Of a stretch of DNA of 39,467 nt, positions 28,941 through 38,231 are shown one piece after another. This DNA comes from a virus. Lineage: Duplodnaviria > Heunggongvirae > Uroviricota > Caudoviricetes. Each line of letters begins with the position of its first letter. The stretch's first letter is position 1. The position numbers were made by a program, and so were the translations under genes. Below the pieces are notes generated by a model. The model saw nothing but the letters and a program-made list of their open reading frames with translations. It had not been told where the DNA came from and ran no database searches. The stretch is from IMG/VR virus record IMGVR_UViG_2706794683_000014, one strand, 5' to 3'.

Positions 28941-29687
28941 TTACTTCTCAATTCCTGGCTGGACGACATTCGGACGCCAGCTCTCCCAGTTAAAATTCAC
29001 CCATCGCCCGCCGTTCATGGTCATGCGATCCATAATCCGCTCGCCGAGCAATGTTTTCATGGCCTCATAGTTCAGGTTTGTCAGCATCCCCACGCTGCGC
29101 ATCGACGCTGTCCGGCGATCAACAATCTGGTGCAGCACCACCTGCTCGTTTTTCGTCTCGCGCTGAATGCCAATTTCATCAAGAACCAGCAGATCCACTT
29201 CGCATAGTTCCCGCAAAAATTTTTCGCCTGACTGCCCATCGTCATAGCTGGCGTGCAGGGCACTCATAACATCAGCCACGGTAACCACAATCACTGTCTG
29301 ACCGTCTTTCAGCAGGCGATTCCCGATAGCTGCCGCTAAGTGGTTCTTCCCGGTACCAGGTTTTCCGCTGAACGCAAAATTTGTACACCCGGTCATCAGT
29401 TCATCAGCGATGGATTTCGCCTGACTCAACGCGTATCGCTGCGCTTCGTTCTGCACCTGGTAATTCGAAAACGAGCATTTGCGGTGCAATGGCTGGATGC
29501 CAGAGCGATTCAGAATTTTTTCCACCCGCAACTGACGATTCTGACGGTTGATCTCCTCACAACGTTTCTGGCCTTCGGAAAGTTGCCACTCGCGCCACTC
29601 CGCTACCGTCTTGAATGGCGCGGTTACATGTGACGGGGCCAGTCTGCGGATACGTTCAAGAACGTCGCCTGTCGCAATATTTTTCAT
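28941..29687 (-). CDS. ydaV: DnaC-like replication protein (AAA+ helicase loader family)
   Basis: 248 aa with Walker [16 protein letters not shown] and Walker B LLVLDEIG; matches recalled Rac YdaV (248 aa). Confidence 0.9.
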   Translation of the reverse strand: MKNIATGDVLERIRRLAPSHVTAPFKTVAEWREWQLSEGQKRCEEINRQNRQLRVEKILNRSGIQPLHRKCSFSNYQVQNEAQRYALSQAKSIADELMTGCTNFAFSGKPGTGKNHLAAAIGNRLLKDGQTVIVVTVADVMSALHASYDDGQSGEKFLRELCEVDLLVLDEIGIQRETKNEQVVLHQIVDRRTASMRSVGMLTNLNYEAMKTLLGERIMDRMTMNGGRWVNFNWESWRPNVVQPGIEK

Positions 29688-29693
29688 GGTCAG

Positions 29694-30551
29694 TTACCCC
29701 CTGAAGCCTGGCGGGATCGCACTATCCGGTAACGAGACGGTGTTAACCTGTCGGAGTAACGTCTCAGGTCGAACACCTTTCGGCGCGAACAAGCCCTGGT
29801 ATTCATTGGCGATGCTGTGTCGAATCACCTGCTCAGGTGAAAAACCCTGCTGGCGGAATTTTTCCAGCTCCCGTATCGCCCCGTTAGCGCCCTGCTCCGT
29901 TCGAATCGGTTTTCGCAATGCCTGGCGAAATTCAACCCACTCACGCCAAAGCGAGACAGAAATCCAGTTCGGCAAAGCAATATCCAGAGGGTCAAACTTT
30001 TTGACACCTCGATTCCCCCGGGGGGGATTTAGGGGGGGATCTGTTTTTAGATCTTTATCTGTATCTTTATTAGTTGCCTTTGTGTTGACATCATGTTCAA
30101 ACACCACTTCAACATCTGTTTGAACACCTGTTAAATTTCTCTCTTGTTTTGTTTGAACATCTGCTTCCTTTCTGCTTCTTCTGGCCTGAACAGATGCTTT
30201 TCCTGCGGCTGATTTTTTGGTTAATTTTTCCCTGACTGATGCCAGATCTTCCTCAATCCGAAGATGCACCCATTCCTCGCCGTTATCGCAAAAAAACTCC
30301 TGCAAGGATGGTTCAACATCAGCCCATCGCTCGTTAGTCAGACGGGCAATTTTTGCCAGCCTGTTTTTAGGTATTGGCTTTCCTGTTTGCCAGTAATTGA
30401 ACATCAGCAACAAATACGCACCATGCTCCTCTGCTGACAAATGCATGGTGTCAGCCAGGTAATCAGCTATGTACAGTTGCATGTATGGTAATGCGGCCAT
30501 AATTGCCCCGTATGATGCTGCCCGGTGGCTTAGAATAAGCACAAACAGCAT
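29694..30551 (-). CDS. ydaU: Replication initiator / replisome organiser (O-like)
   Basis: 285 aa, matches recalled Rac YdaU; an iteron cluster lies inside the gene in the usual lambdoid arrangement. Confidence 0.85.
   Translation of the reverse strand: MLFVLILSHRAASYGAIMAALPYMQLYIADYLADTMHLSAEEHGAYLLLMFNYWQTGKPIPKNRLAKIARLTNERWADVEPSLQEFFCDNGEEWVHLRIEEDLASVREKLTKKSAAGKASVQARRSRKEADVQTKQERNLTGVQTDVEVVFEHDVNTKATNKDTDKDLKTDPPLNPPRGNRGVKKFDPLDIALPNWISVSLWREWVEFRQALRKPIRTEQGANGAIRELEKFRQQGFSPEQVIRHSIANEYQGLFAPKGVRPETLLRQVNTVSLPDSAIPPGFRG
30090..30200. repeat. Iteron-like repeats inside ydaU; putative origin of replication
   Basis: At least four copies of a TGTTYRAACA / CATCTG-containing motif within ~110 bp (around 30095, 30116, 30149, 30186), flanked by G/C tracts (30013..30040) and an AT-rich stretch. 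Confidence 0.5.
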
Positions 30552-30563
30552 GGAAACTTTTGC

Positions 30564-30986
30564 TTAATGAACAATGACAGAATCGTCGGAAGACCCGCCG
30601 CCGCTGAAATGCGCTTTCCGGTAAACGGCTTGGACTGCATCATCATGCGCATCAATTGCCGTACTTAACGCTTCCTGCGCCGCCAGTAATGCACGGCGTT
30701 CCAGGGTATCGAAGATGCAGAGTCGGTGACGCAGCTCGCGCGGAAGGATTGCCAGAATTGCTGGGATCAGCTTCTGAATTTTTTCTCTTTGCGTTTTCGT
30801 TTCACCTTTCAACCAACGGTGATAGATATTCTGCTGATTATTCCAGTCCTTGCCTGGTACCAGGGGCAATTCGCCGCCCCCCTGGCGCAGATATTCTTCA
30901 GTAATGGCATTGGCTACCCATGCCTGCCCTTTTTCGGCTGCCAGGGCTAACAACACTGACTCGATGTGCTCATGCTTGATTTTCAT
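30564..30986 (-). CDS. ydaT: YdaT (Rac toxic protein, co-repressed with YdaS by RacR)
   Basis: 140 aa ORF matching recalled K-12 YdaT; translationally coupled to ydaS. Confidence 0.85.
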   Translation of the reverse strand: MKIKHEHIESVLLALAAEKGQAWVANAITEEYLRQGGGELPLVPGKDWNNQQNIYHRWLKGETKTQREKIQKLIPAILAILPRELRHRLCIFDTLERRALLAAQEALSTAIDAHDDAVQAVYRKAHFSGGGSSDDSVIVH

Positions 30987-31237
30987 GAATCAACTCCCAT
31001 CAGCTTTTTCGTAGTAGTTTTATTTCTGCCAATAGTTAAAATTACATCAGCAGAAAATAATCCGTTTGATGCATGAGCGATTTTTTCAGCGTAATTTGTT
31101 TCGCCGGTATATTCTGTGCGAGGCAATTTTCCGTTATCCATCCATTTGTAGATTGCTCTTTGGCTGACACCACAAACGTCGGCCACAACAGAAACGCGAA
31201 CAGTTTTGATTACATCTTCAAGTGTTTTCTGGTTCAT
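30983..31237 (-). CDS. ydaS: YdaS (Cro-like helix-turn-helix protein)
   Basis: GAGGGTG Shine-Dalgarno before the ATG at 31237 (MNQKTLEDVIKTVRVSVVADVCGVSQRAIYKWMDNGKL...); divergent from racR; the start could lie further upstream (open frame to 31309). Confidence 0.75.
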   Translation of the reverse strand: MNQKTLEDVIKTVRVSVVADVCGVSQRAIYKWMDNGKLPRTEYTGETNYAEKIAHASNGLFSADVILTIGRNKTTTKKLMGVDS

Positions 31238-31298
31238 ATCACCCTCACAATGTGAACTTTGAGTACATGCTATAACAGAACTGACAGTACATTCAAGA
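31238..31298. promoter_or_regulatory. Divergent promoter/operator region between ydaS and racR
   Basis: Short intergenic segment with a repeated AGTACAT motif and a TATAAC -10-like hexamer; assigned by position between the divergent repressor and Cro-like genes. Confidence 0.35.
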
Positions 31299-31736
31299 GT
31301 GAATATCATTGAACTTATGGTTCATGAAGATAAAGCGCGTAAAGAGTTCGCCAGTAGGCTTGCGCTAGCCTGTGAAAACGCTGGTTATGAACAACATGGA
31401 AGGCAGGCAGAAATTGCCCGTCGAATGAAATTAACACCAAAAGCGGTTAGCAAATGGTTTAATGGCGAAACAATTCCTCGCCGAGAGAAATTAAGGGAAT
31501 TAGCAACACTCATTGGAACAACACCAACCTATCTTTTGGGAGAGGATACAGAAGAAAGTGGACAGGTACGTTTCTATCAGGAGTTAAATCCAAGACAAAA
31601 AATCATCATTGACCTTCTGGACGAGCTCCCTGACAGTGAGACAGATGAACTTTTAAAAACTCTTGAGGAGAAAAAACAGAAGTACAATGCAATTTACGAA
31701 GAGCTAGCACGAAAGAAAAAACAAAAAGCCTCTTAA
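31299..31736 (+). CDS. racR: Prophage repressor RacR
   Basis: 145 aa ORF (GTG at 31299 or ATG at 31317) matching recalled K-12 RacR; helix-turn-helix N-terminus. Confidence 0.85.
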   Translation: MNIIELMVHEDKARKEFASRLALACENAGYEQHGRQAEIARRMKLTPKAVSKWFNGETIPRREKLRELATLIGTTPTYLLGEDTEESGQVRFYQELNPRQKIIIDLLDELPDSETDELLKTLEEKKQKYNAIYEELARKKKQKAS

Positions 31737-32026
31737 ACCAGCATAAATCCGGTAGCGTCCCCCTCCGGGTTTGTGCTTCACTTTATCCCATCTCATTTTT
31801 TTACACACAAAATGTACTTATAGTACTTTACATCAATGAACACAAAGTACATTATATACCTACCAACCCACCCCGCCCCACAGAACGCAGGGCAATACTT
31901 CGAGTTACCAGGCAGTGGTCAGGGGTTAAGTAGCCAGCCCGAGGCGTATGAACATGACGGCAGGGTTCAGATTTTGCAGTGCAGCAGGTTTCAGTTCCGC
32001 CACCCGGCGTTAAGGGGAGAGATAAG

Positions 32027-32161
32027 ATGGTGCATTACGAAGTAGTTCAGTATTTGATGGATTGTTGCGGTATCACTTACAACCAGGCTGTGCAGGCTTT
32101 ACGCAGCAACGACTGGGATCTCTGGCAGGCAGAAGTCGCTATACACAGCAACAAGATGTGA
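32027..32161 (+). CDS. ydaG: Small Rac protein YdaG
   Basis: 44 aa from MVHYEVVQYLMDCCGITYNQAVQALRSNDWDLWQAEVAIHSNKM; matches recalled K-12 YdaG. Confidence 0.6.
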   Translation: MVHYEVVQYLMDCCGITYNQAVQALRSNDWDLWQAEVAIHSNKM

Positions 32162-32171
32162 GATTCGCAAA

Positions 32172-32327
32172 ATGCAAAAAATCGACCTCGGCAACAACGA
32201 ATCCCTGGTGTGCGGCGTGTTCCCCAACCAGGATGGAACGTTCACTGCCATGACGTATACCAAAAGCAAAACATTTAAAACCGAAACTGGTGCGCGCCGA
32301 TGGTTGGAGAAGCACACAGTAAGCTAA
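32172..32327 (+). CDS. ydaF: Small Rac protein YdaF
   Basis: Hand-translated 51 aa MQKIDLGNNESLVCGVFPNQDGTFTAMTYTKSKTFKTETGARRWLEKHTVS; below the ORF-track threshold; position matches K-12 gene order. Confidence 0.55.
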   Translation: MQKIDLGNNESLVCGVFPNQDGTFTAMTYTKSKTFKTETGARRWLEKHTVS

Positions 32328-32812
32328 CGATTAAAACGTCTACTCCTGCTGTTCCAGAATAACTTCATAAAATGGGAGTATTTTTCGGTGACGAGATAAT
32401 AAGAACAGTTTGCGCTATCACTCTGATGTTGAATGATGCCCTTCCGTTCTAATTTTTTCATAACCGGGTTACGGCAAGGAGAAGTGATAATAAGATTTCC
32501 TGTTTTAAGGAAATCTTTAAATACAGCGATTTCTTTCTCAGATAAACGAAGCAATACTCGTTGCTCTGGTAGTAATGAATAATGCTTTTGAATATGTGCT
32601 CGCAATCTTGAGAAGGAAATGGCGACCACGAAAGAAAAGGCAAAAACGATAATCTGAAAGAGCCAAGGTATTTCAGTATAAGCATTGAATGCGACAGTAA
32701 ACTCTTTCGGTATCAGCCAGAGAGTGAGACCAAAAATGATAATCGTATACATAAGTATTTCGAGTGGCTCGTTAGCAAAAAGTTTCAACAATGGAGTAAA
32801 TACATCCAACAT
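32324..32812 (-). CDS. sieB: Superinfection exclusion protein B
   Basis: From the internal Met (MLDVFTPLLKLFANEPLEILMYTIIIFGLTLWLIPKEF...) about 162 aa, matching recalled SieB; two transmembrane segments. Confidence 0.8.
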   Translation of the reverse strand: MLDVFTPLLKLFANEPLEILMYTIIIFGLTLWLIPKEFTVAFNAYTEIPWLFQIIVFAFSFVVAISFSRLRAHIQKHYSLLPEQRVLLRLSEKEIAVFKDFLKTGNLIITSPCRNPVMKKLERKGIIQHQSDSANCSYYLVTEKYSHFMKLFWNSRSRRFNR

Positions 32813-33253
32813 ATCAATAACTCTCAACTGTAAGGGTATTGAAATGTTAACACAAGCTCTCGCTGTAGGGGTATAGCCGAGACCACCGAAGCCCGGAGGT
32901 GGTGAAATAAAACCGGGCACAACACGAAGGCGCATTTCCGATATCCATAAAGAGTCGGTCTTGTCTGTTAAATTTAAATGGTGGGAGTGCGCCTCCGGTT
33001 GTAAATAACGACATTGCTGTGTGTAGTCCTGGCGGCATCAGTTTTTTTCTTGAAGTTCGGCTGATGTCCGCCCTTTTTAAAGTGAATTTTGTGATGCGGT
33101 GAATGCGGCTAAGCGCACGTGGCACAGTTAAAAGTCATGTTAGTCCTTATTGGTTTGGGTGGGAAAGCCGACTGTAATTGTTAACTGGTTGCAGTCACCT
33201 GGAGGCACCAGGCACCGCATCAACAAAGTTCATTTGTAAAAATGGAGATAATT

Positions 33254-33475
33254 ATGATTGCACATCACTTCGGAACTGATGAAATACCACGTCAGTGTGT
33301 GACTCCTGGCGATTATGTTCTTCATGAAGGCCGGACATATATTGCCTCGGCAAACAATATTAAAAAGCGAAAACTATATATTCGTAACCTGACCACAAAA
33401 ACATGCATTACTGACCGCATGATTAAAGTCTTCCTCGGTCGTGATGGTTTACCTGTAAAGGCGGAGTCATGGTGA
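33254..33475 (+). CDS. kilR: FtsZ-inhibiting killing protein KilR
   Basis: 73 aa from [38 protein letters not shown]...; GGAG Shine-Dalgarno; matches recalled K-12 KilR. Confidence 0.85.
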   Translation: MIAHHFGTDEIPRQCVTPGDYVLHEGRTYIASANNIKKRKLYIRNLTTKTCITDRMIKVFLGRDGLPVKAESW

Positions 33476-33646
33476 TGACTAAGAAAATAAAATGTGCTTA
33501 CCACCTTTGCAAAAAAGACGTTGAAGAAAGCAAAGCTATTGAAAGAATGCTTCACTTCATGCACGGGATTTTATCAAAAGACGAACCGAGAAAATATTGC
33601 AGTGAAGCTTGTGCCGAAAAAGACCAGATGGCACATGAACTTTAAT
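33476..33646 (+). CDS. ydaE: Small cysteine-containing Rac protein YdaE
   Basis: Hand-translated 56 aa [56 protein letters not shown]; start abuts the kilR stop. Confidence 0.65.
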
Positions 33647-33719
33647 TAATTGACTATTCGAAACTGAATTTATGCCAGAAATGGCAGGTATTCGCTCAAC
33701 CTTAATTAAGGAGAAAAAC

Positions 33720-33995
33720 ATGATTACCAATTATGAAGCCACTGTTGTAACTACCGATGACATTGTTCACGAGGTGAATCTGGAAGGAAAGCGCATTGGC
33801 TACGTAATTAAAACAGAAAATAAAGAAACCCCATTCACTGTGGTTGATATCGATGGTCCATCAGGCAACGTAAAAACACTTGATGAAGGTGTCAAAAAAA
33901 TGTGCCTGGTGCATATCGGAAAGAATCTGCCCGCAGAAAAAAAAGCCGAATTTCTGGCAACTCTAATTGCAATGAAATTAAAAGGTGAAATCTGA
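33720..33995 (+). CDS. racC: RacC
   Basis: 91 aa from MITNYEATVVTTDDIVHEVNLEGKRIGYVIK...; AAGGAG Shine-Dalgarno; matches recalled K-12 RacC. Confidence 0.8.
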   Translation: MITNYEATVVTTDDIVHEVNLEGKRIGYVIKTENKETPFTVVDIDGPSGNVKTLDEGVKKMCLVHIGKNLPAEKKAEFLATLIAMKLKGEI

Positions 33996-34096
33996 AAGAA
34001 ATAGCCTGCGTATGGCGCAGGCTATGAACAGTGTGTATCCGGCAAGATCATTCACTGAACAAAACGAATTTTAATCTGAGTTGAGGTTAAAAAACA

Positions 34097-36697
34097 ATGA
34101 GCACAAAACCACTCTTCCTGTTACGGAAAGCGAAAAAATCATCCGGTGAACCTGACGTCGTCCTGTGGGCAAGCAACGATTTTGAATCGACCTGTGCCAC
34201 TCTGGACTACCTGATCGTTAAGTCAGGTAAAAAACTGAGCAGCTATTTTAAAGCTGTTGCCACGAATTTTCCTGTCGTTAATGACCTGCCCGCTGAAGGT
34301 GAGATCGATTTTACCTGGAGTGAACGCTATCAACTCAGCAAAGACTCCATGACATGGGAACTAAAACCGGGAGCAGCACCAGACAACGCTCACTATCAAG
34401 GCAATACCAACGTCAACGGCGAAGACATGACTGAGATTGAGGAGAATATGCTACTCCCAATTTCTGGCCAGGAACTGCCCATTCGTTGGCTTGCTCAACA
34501 CGGCAGCGAAAAACCGGTAACGCACGTTTCACGCGACGGACTCCAGGCATTACACATTGCTCGGGCTGAAGAACTACCGGCTGTTACTGCCCTGGCTGTT
34601 TCCCACAAAACCAGCCTGCTCGACCCGCTGGAAATTCGCGAACTCCACAAACTGGTTCGTGACACTGACAAAGTTTTCCCTAATCCTGGTAATTCAAACC
34701 TGGGACTGATAACTGCTTTTTTCGAAGCATACCTGAACGCTGACTACACCGATCGAGGACTGCTGACAAAAGAGTGGATGAAGGGTAATCGTGTTTCACA
34801 CATCACTCGCACGGCTTCCGGTGCTAATGCTGGCGGCGGAAACCTCACCGATCGCGGCGAAGGTTTCGTACACGATCTGACGTCACTGGCGCGGGACGTA
34901 GCCACTGGCGTACTGGCCCGTTCAATGGATCTGGACATCTATAACCTTCATCCGGCACACGCTAAACGCATTGAGGAAATTATCGCTGAAAATAAACCGC
35001 CCTTTTCTGTTTTCCGCGACAAATTCATCACCATGCCTGGCGGGCTGGATTATTCCCGCGCCATCGTGGTTGCGTCCGTAAAAGAAGCACCAATTGGGAT
35101 CGAGGTCATCCCCGCGCACGTCACTGAATATCTGAACAAAGTACTGACTGAAACCGATCATGCCAACCCTGATCCGGAAATCGTGGATATTGCCTGCGGT
35201 CGCTCCTCTGCCCCGATGCCGCAGCGAGTAACAGAAGAAGGAAAACAGGATGATGAAGAAAAACCGCAACCATCTGGAACAACGGCAGTTGAACAGGGAG
35301 AGGCTGAAACAATGGAACCGGACGCAACTGAACATCATCAGGACACGCAGCCGCTGGATGCTCAGTCACAGGTAAATTCTGTTGATGCGAAATATCAGGA
35401 ACTGCGGGCAGAACTCCATGAAGCCCGGAAAAACATTCCATCAAAAAATCCTGTCGATGCCGATAAATTGCTTGCTGCATCACGTGGTGAATTTGTTGAC
35501 GGAATTAGCGACCCGAACGATCCGAAATGGGTAAAGGGGATCCAGACTCGCGATTGTGTGTACCAGAACCAGCCAGAAACGGAAAAAACCAGCCCGGATA
35601 TGAATCAACCTGAGCCAGTAGTGCAACAGGAACCGGAAATAGCCTGCAATGCCTGCGGCCAGACTGGCGGGGATAACTGCCCTGACTGTGGTGCGGTGAT
35701 GGGCGACGCAACATACCAGGAAACATTCGATGAAGAGAGTCAGGTTGAAGCTAAGGAAAATGATCCGGAGGAAATGGAAGGCGCTGAACATCCGCACAAT
35801 GAGAATGCTGGCAGCGATCCGCATCGCGATTGCAGTGATGAAACTGGCGAAGTCGCAGATCCCGTAATCGTAGAAGACATAGAGCCAGGTATTTATTACG
35901 GAATTTCGAATGAGAATTACCACGCGGGTCCCGGTGTCAGTAAGTCTCAGCTCGATGACATTGCTGATACTCCGGCACTGTATTTGTGGCGTAAAAATGC
36001 CCCCGTGGACACCACAAAGACAAAAACGCTCGATTTAGGAACCGCTTTCCACTGCCGGGTACTTGAGCCGGAAGAATTCAGTAACCGCTTTATCGTAGCA
36101 CCTGAATTTAACCGCCGGACAAACTCCGGAAAAGAAGAAGAGAAAGCGTTTCTGAGGGAATGCGCAAGCACAGGAAAAACGGTTATCACTGCCGAAGAAG
36201 GCCGGAAAATTGAACTCATGTATCAGAGCGTTATGGCTTTGCCGCTGGGGCAATGGCTTGTTGAAAGCGCCGGACACGCTGAATCATCAATTTACTGGGA
36301 AGATCCTGAAACAGCAATTTTGTGTCGGTGCCGTCCGGACAAAATTATCCCTGAATTTCACTGGATCATGGACGTGAAAACTACGGCGGATATTCAACGA
36401 TTCAAAACCGCTTATTACGACTACCGCTATCACGTTCAGGATGCATTCTACAGTGACGGTTATGAAGCACAGTTTGGAGTGCAGCCAACTTTCGTTTTTC
36501 TGGTTGCCAGCACAACTATTGAATGCGGACGTTATCCGGTTGAAATTTTCATGATGGGCGAAGAAGCAAAACTGGCAGGTCAGCTGGAATATCACCGCAA
36601 TCTGCGAACCCTGGCTGACTGCCTCAATACCGATGAATGGCCAGCTATTAAGACGTTATCACTGCCCCGCTGGGCTAAGGAATATGCAAATGACTAA
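34097..36697 (+). CDS. recE: Exodeoxyribonuclease VIII (RecE)
   Basis: 866 aa ORF, same length as recalled K-12 RecE; immediately upstream of and overlapping recT. Confidence 0.95.
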   Translation: MSTKPLFLLRKAKKSSGEPDVVLWASNDFESTCATLDYLIVKSGKKLSSYFKAVATNFPVVNDLPAEGEIDFTWSERYQLSKDSMTWELKPGAAPDNAHYQGNTNVNGEDMTEIEENMLLPISGQELPIRWLAQHGSEKPVTHVSRDGLQALHIARAEELPAVTALAVSHKTSLLDPLEIRELHKLVRDTDKVFPNPGNSNLGLITAFFEAYLNADYTDRGLLTKEWMKGNRVSHITRTASGANAGGGNLTDRGEGFVHDLTSLARDVATGVLARSMDLDIYNLHPAHAKRIEEIIAENKPPFSVFRDKFITMPGGLDYSRAIVVASVKEAPIGIEVIPAHVTEYLNKVLTETDHANPDPEIVDIACGRSSAPMPQRVTEEGKQDDEEKPQPSGTTAVEQGEAETMEPDATEHHQDTQPLDAQSQVNSVDAKYQELRAELHEARKNIPSKNPVDADKLLAASRGEFVDGISDPNDPKWVKGIQTRDCVYQNQPETEKTSPDMNQPEPVVQQEPEIACNACGQTGGDNCPDCGAVMGDATYQETFDEESQVEAKENDPEEMEGAEHPHNENAGSDPHRDCSDETGEVADPVIVEDIEPGIYYGISNENYHAGPGVSKSQLDDIADTPALYLWRKNAPVDTTKTKTLDLGTAFHCRVLEPEEFSNRFIVAPEFNRRTNSGKEEEKAFLRECASTGKTVITAEEGRKIELMYQSVMALPLGQWLVESAGHAESSIYWEDPETAILCRCRPDKIIPEFHWIMDVKTTADIQRFKTAYYDYRYHVQDAFYSDGYEAQFGVQPTFVFLVASTTIECGRYPVEIFMMGEEAKLAGQLEYHRNLRTLADCLNTDEWPAIKTLSLPRWAKEYAND

Positions 36698-37499
36698 GCA
36701 ACCACCAATCGCAAAAGCCGATCTGCAAAAAACTCAGGGAAACCGTGCACCAGCAGCAATTAAAAATAACGACGTGATTAGTTTTATTAACCAGCCATCA
36801 ATGAAAGAGCAACTGGCAGCAGCTCTTCCACGCCATATGACGGCTGAACGTATGATCCGTATCGCCACCACAGAAATTCGTAAAGTTCCGGCGTTAGGAA
36901 ACTGTGACACTATGAGTTTTGTCAGTGCAATCGTACAGTGTTCACAGCTCGGACTTGAGCCCGGTAGCGCCCTCGGTCATGCATATTTACTGCCTTTTGG
37001 TAATAAAAACGAAAAGAGCGGTAAAAAAAACGTTCAGCTAATCATTGGCTATCGCGGCATGATTGATCTGGCTCGCCGTTCAGGTCAAATCGCCAGCCTG
37101 TCAGCCCGTGTTGTCCGTGAAGGTGACGAGTTTAATTTCGAATTTGGCCTTGATGAAAAGTTAATACACCGCCCAGGAGAAAACGAAGATGCCCCTGTTA
37201 CCCACGTCTATGCTGTCGCAAGACTGAAAGACGGAGGTACTCAGTTTGAAGTTATGACGCGCAAACAGATTGAGCTGGTGCGCAGCCAGAGTAAAGCTGG
37301 TAATAACGGGCCGTGGGTAACTCACTGGGAAGAAATGGCAAAGAAAACGGCTATTCGTCGCCTGTTCAAATATCTGCCCGTATCAATTGAGATCCAGCGT
37401 GCAGTATCAATGGATGAAAAGGAACCACTGACAATCGATCCTGCAGATTCCTCTGTATTAACCGGGGAATACAGTGTAATCGATAATTCAGAGGAATAA
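36690..37499 (+). CDS. recT: Single-strand annealing recombinase RecT
   Basis: ATG at 36690 overlaps the recE stop; 269 aa from [18 protein letters not shown]..., matching recalled K-12 RecT. Confidence 0.95.
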   Translation: MTKQPPIAKADLQKTQGNRAPAAIKNNDVISFINQPSMKEQLAAALPRHMTAERMIRIATTEIRKVPALGNCDTMSFVSAIVQCSQLGLEPGSALGHAYLLPFGNKNEKSGKKNVQLIIGYRGMIDLARRSGQIASLSARVVREGDEFNFEFGLDEKLIHRPGENEDAPVTHVYAVARLKDGGTQFEVMTRKQIELVRSQSKAGNNGPWVTHWEEMAKKTAIRRLFKYLPVSIEIQRAVSMDEKEPLTIDPADSSVLTGEYSVIDNSEE

Positions 37500-37554
37500 T
37501 TCAGCCTGGCGGTGTAATGCACCGCCAACTTGAAATATTTTTATGAGAAAAATT

Positions 37555-37636
37555 ATGAGATATGACAATGTTAAACCATGTCCATTTTGTGGTTGTCCAT
37601 CAGTAACGGTGAAAGCCATTTCAGGATATTACCGAG
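37555..37636 (+). CDS. ralR: Restriction alleviation protein RalR (Lar), N-terminal part; rest masked
   Basis: MRYDNVKPCPFCGCPSVTVKAISGYYR... matches the recalled RalR N-terminus; the ORF runs into the N block. Confidence 0.7.
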
Positions 37637-37886
37637 NNNNNNNNNNNNNNNNNNNNNNNNNNNNNNNNNNNNNNNNNNNNNNNNNNNNNNNNNNNNNNNN
37701 NNNNNNNNNNNNNNNNNNNNNNNNNNNNNNNNNNNNNNNNNNNNNNNNNNNNNNNNNNNNNNNNNNNNNNNNNNNNNNNNNNNNNNNNNNNNNNNNNNNN
37801 NNNNNNNNNNNNNNNNNNNNNNNNNNNNNNNNNNNNNNNNNNNNNNNNNNNNNNNNNNNNNNNNNNNNNNNNNNNNNNNNNNNNNN
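37637..37886. other. Masked/undetermined sequence (250 N)
   Basis: Run of n in the input; covers the ralR 3' part and the ydaC 5' part. Confidence 1.
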
Positions 37887-37946
37887 TTAATTGCGAGAAA
37901 CTTCAGTCCTCGTGAATTGCATTGTATTCAAATTAAAACTTCATAG
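37887..37946 (+). CDS. C-terminal fragment of a small protein at the ydaC position
   Basis: Open frame leaving the N run ends ...LIARNFSPRELHCIQIKTS; identity inferred only from K-12 gene order (ralR-ydaC-xis). Confidence 0.3.
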   Translation, partial: LIARNFSPRELHCIQIKTS

Positions 37947-38014
37947 CTGATTATTAATAATCAACATCGGGCGTCAATTTAAGTCTAACATTGGCGCCTG
38001 CCAGAGGTGATGCG

Positions 38015-38230
38015 ATGGCACAAGTAATCTTTAATGAAGAGTGGATGGTTGAATACGGCCTGATGCTTCGCACTGGTCTGGGGGCCAGACAAATTGAAGC
38101 ATACCGCCAGAACTGTTGGGTGGAAGGCTTCCACTTCAAACGAGTATCTCCTTTAGGGAAGCCAGACAGTAAGCGAGGGATTATCTGGTATAACTATCCA
38201 AAGATAAATCAGTTTATCAAAGACTCATGA
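38015..38230 (+). CDS. xisR: Excisionase
   Basis: 71 aa from [44 protein letters not shown]...; directly upstream of the integrase; matches recalled K-12 YdaQ/XisR. Confidence 0.85.
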   Translation: MAQVIFNEEWMVEYGLMLRTGLGARQIEAYRQNCWVEGFHFKRVSPLGKPDSKRGIIWYNYPKINQFIKDS

Positions 38231-38231
38231 T

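Noticed and set aside
30013-30040. CCCCCGGGGGGG / GGGGGGG homopolymer tracts as a possible slippage or phase-variation site
   Set aside because: They lie in frame within ydaU and encode a proline-rich linker (…PPLNPPRGN…); more simply part of the origin-proximal linker than a contingency locus.
32847-33125. 92-aa minus-strand ORF in the sieB-kilR intergenic region
   Set aside because: Overlaps the sieB 5' extension and the divergent promoter region; no recognisable features.
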